From assembly GCA_030390025.1 (NCBI GenBank), contig JASTWF010000070.1, positions 1,302,001-1,366,000 of the forward strand: a DNA stretch of 64,000 nt, given 5' to 3'. The notes beneath the pieces are model-generated. The model saw nothing but the letters and a program-made list of their open reading frames with translations, ran no database searches and was not told where the DNA came from. Of the stretch, positions 62,701 through 64,000 are shown one piece after another. This DNA is from Squalus acanthias. Taxonomy: Eukaryota. The position numbers were made by a program, and so were the translations under genes. Every line of letters starts with the position of its first letter. The first letter of the stretch is position 1.

Positions 62701-64000
62701 GGCCACGGCGTTCGCGACCCCGCTGCTAGCTCCATGCCTCTGCTGCAAATTAACTCACCTTAATGGGGCCTATTAAGCCCGTCCAGCGCGTTACCCGGCC
62801 CAATGACATGGACCGAGTCTGGTGACGTCATTCATGACGCGTTATCAGCCGGGATCTTTGAAGGGACCATGGCCACATCACAGTTGAAGTTTAATCTTAC
62901 ATCGTGCTGTCGTTGCACTAAGGGACATGGGGGAGAGATGATAGCGGGATCCTGACCCGCTGACAAAAAAATCAAAATTCCCTCTCGACCCCCCCACCGA
63001 GCTCGCCCGCTATCACACCGGAAAATACCGGCTGGGTCTGCACCGAGTTCTAATCGACTCCAACCTAAAGTCCAACTGCAATCTTAGGGGGGAATTTTCC
63101 TGGGGTTCAGCGGCGGGATCGGTAGCGGGTCAGGAGGGAAAATGTTTTTTTTACAGTGGTCGGGTTCCCGCTGTCAACCCGACACCACGCGCCTTTACCA
63201 AATGTCGGGTCTGTCAGCGCTAAACTGACCCGACACGTGGCGGCGGGGGAGGCAATTCAGGTCATTATGACCTTGTTAACAGAGCAGTAACAAGAATTAT
63301 TAGCTCACCTTTCGAACTTACCATCTCGCCAACGGGCTCCACGCTGCTGGGGCATCACGTCTGTTAATCTGGGCGGGAGTTGAAGCGCCATCTCATTATT
63401 TGATATCTGGAAAAGTGCTATAAAAGCTCCCATCTCACAGCTGTTCACTTTCCAAACTCAAAACCTGTTGCTTACTGCAGTTGGAAGAGTGATTGAACTT
63501 TAAGCAGATTTCAAGTGTTTGGAGCAAATTCGTTCATAGTACGTGTAAATATTACATCACCTCATTGCAACAACCTCTTCCACCATTGACAGATTCCTTC
63601 TCTCATCTCAAGTTCACCTGCCATCGATTCCATCAGCATGGGTACGGTTTATACTCTCCCACCTTGGTCCTCATAATCTGAGCACGATCAGCCACAACAT
63701 CAGCATCTCCAGGCACACCAGCAGCACTAACAACAACACCAACCTTCTCCGCAATCACCTGATGCTGCACAGGACAGAGGGCATCAGCACCCAAACACAT
63801 TGCTGTCCGGTGCTCCAGTGGTGGCCTCACCATGGCCAGATTTACTTCACTTGACGCTCCACACCCATATGGTTGCCACATGATGTGCCAGGTTGGCACC
63901 ACTCCAAACCAACAACGTAAAGCATCCCTACAATGCCCAAGCCATTCCTTTTTCACTCATCAACATTGCAGGGGTGGGGGTACGATTATGTTTCAACATT
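59774..64000 (-). repeat. Inverted segmental duplication of ~3253-7364, running off the window end
   Basis: Colinear, with shared insertion junctions; 4921-4980 versus ~62250-62310 differ at about 1 of 60 nt. Confidence 0.92.

Overview
Repeat-rich cartilaginous-fish (shark-like) genomic DNA from an immunoglobulin light-chain region; about half of it is CR1/L2 LINE, SINE and Harbinger-type debris, and there are four N-gaps (18957-19145, 26458-26614, 50869-51007, 59273-59565). The window opens on the last four codons (C-S-D-stop) and 3'UTR of a + strand IgL constant exon. It also holds a complete - strand, germline VJ-joined IgL cluster of the sigma-cart/type I (NS5-like) class at 50268-52834, with an octamer/TATA promoter. 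Between these two tail-to-tail IgL clusters lies a family of non-rearranging, antigen-receptor-like genes built as leader / single VJ exon / 90-102 nt intron / C1 exon / TM exon / small cytoplasmic exons. Gene A (+, 13698-20706) has an open frame. Gene B (-, 25177-31170) is intact except for a young CR1 in its V exon. Gene C (-, 34963-38460) carries nonsense codons and frameshift scars. Remnant D (-, ~8460-12735) is a chimeric fragment. The architecture resembles PRARP/VJ-C1 genes, but the family assignment is inference and needs homology searches. Two inverted segmental duplications record expansion of the IgL clusters and predict another cluster just beyond the right edge. All exon models were read by eye from splice sites and phase, with no transcript evidence; repeat boundaries are approximate.
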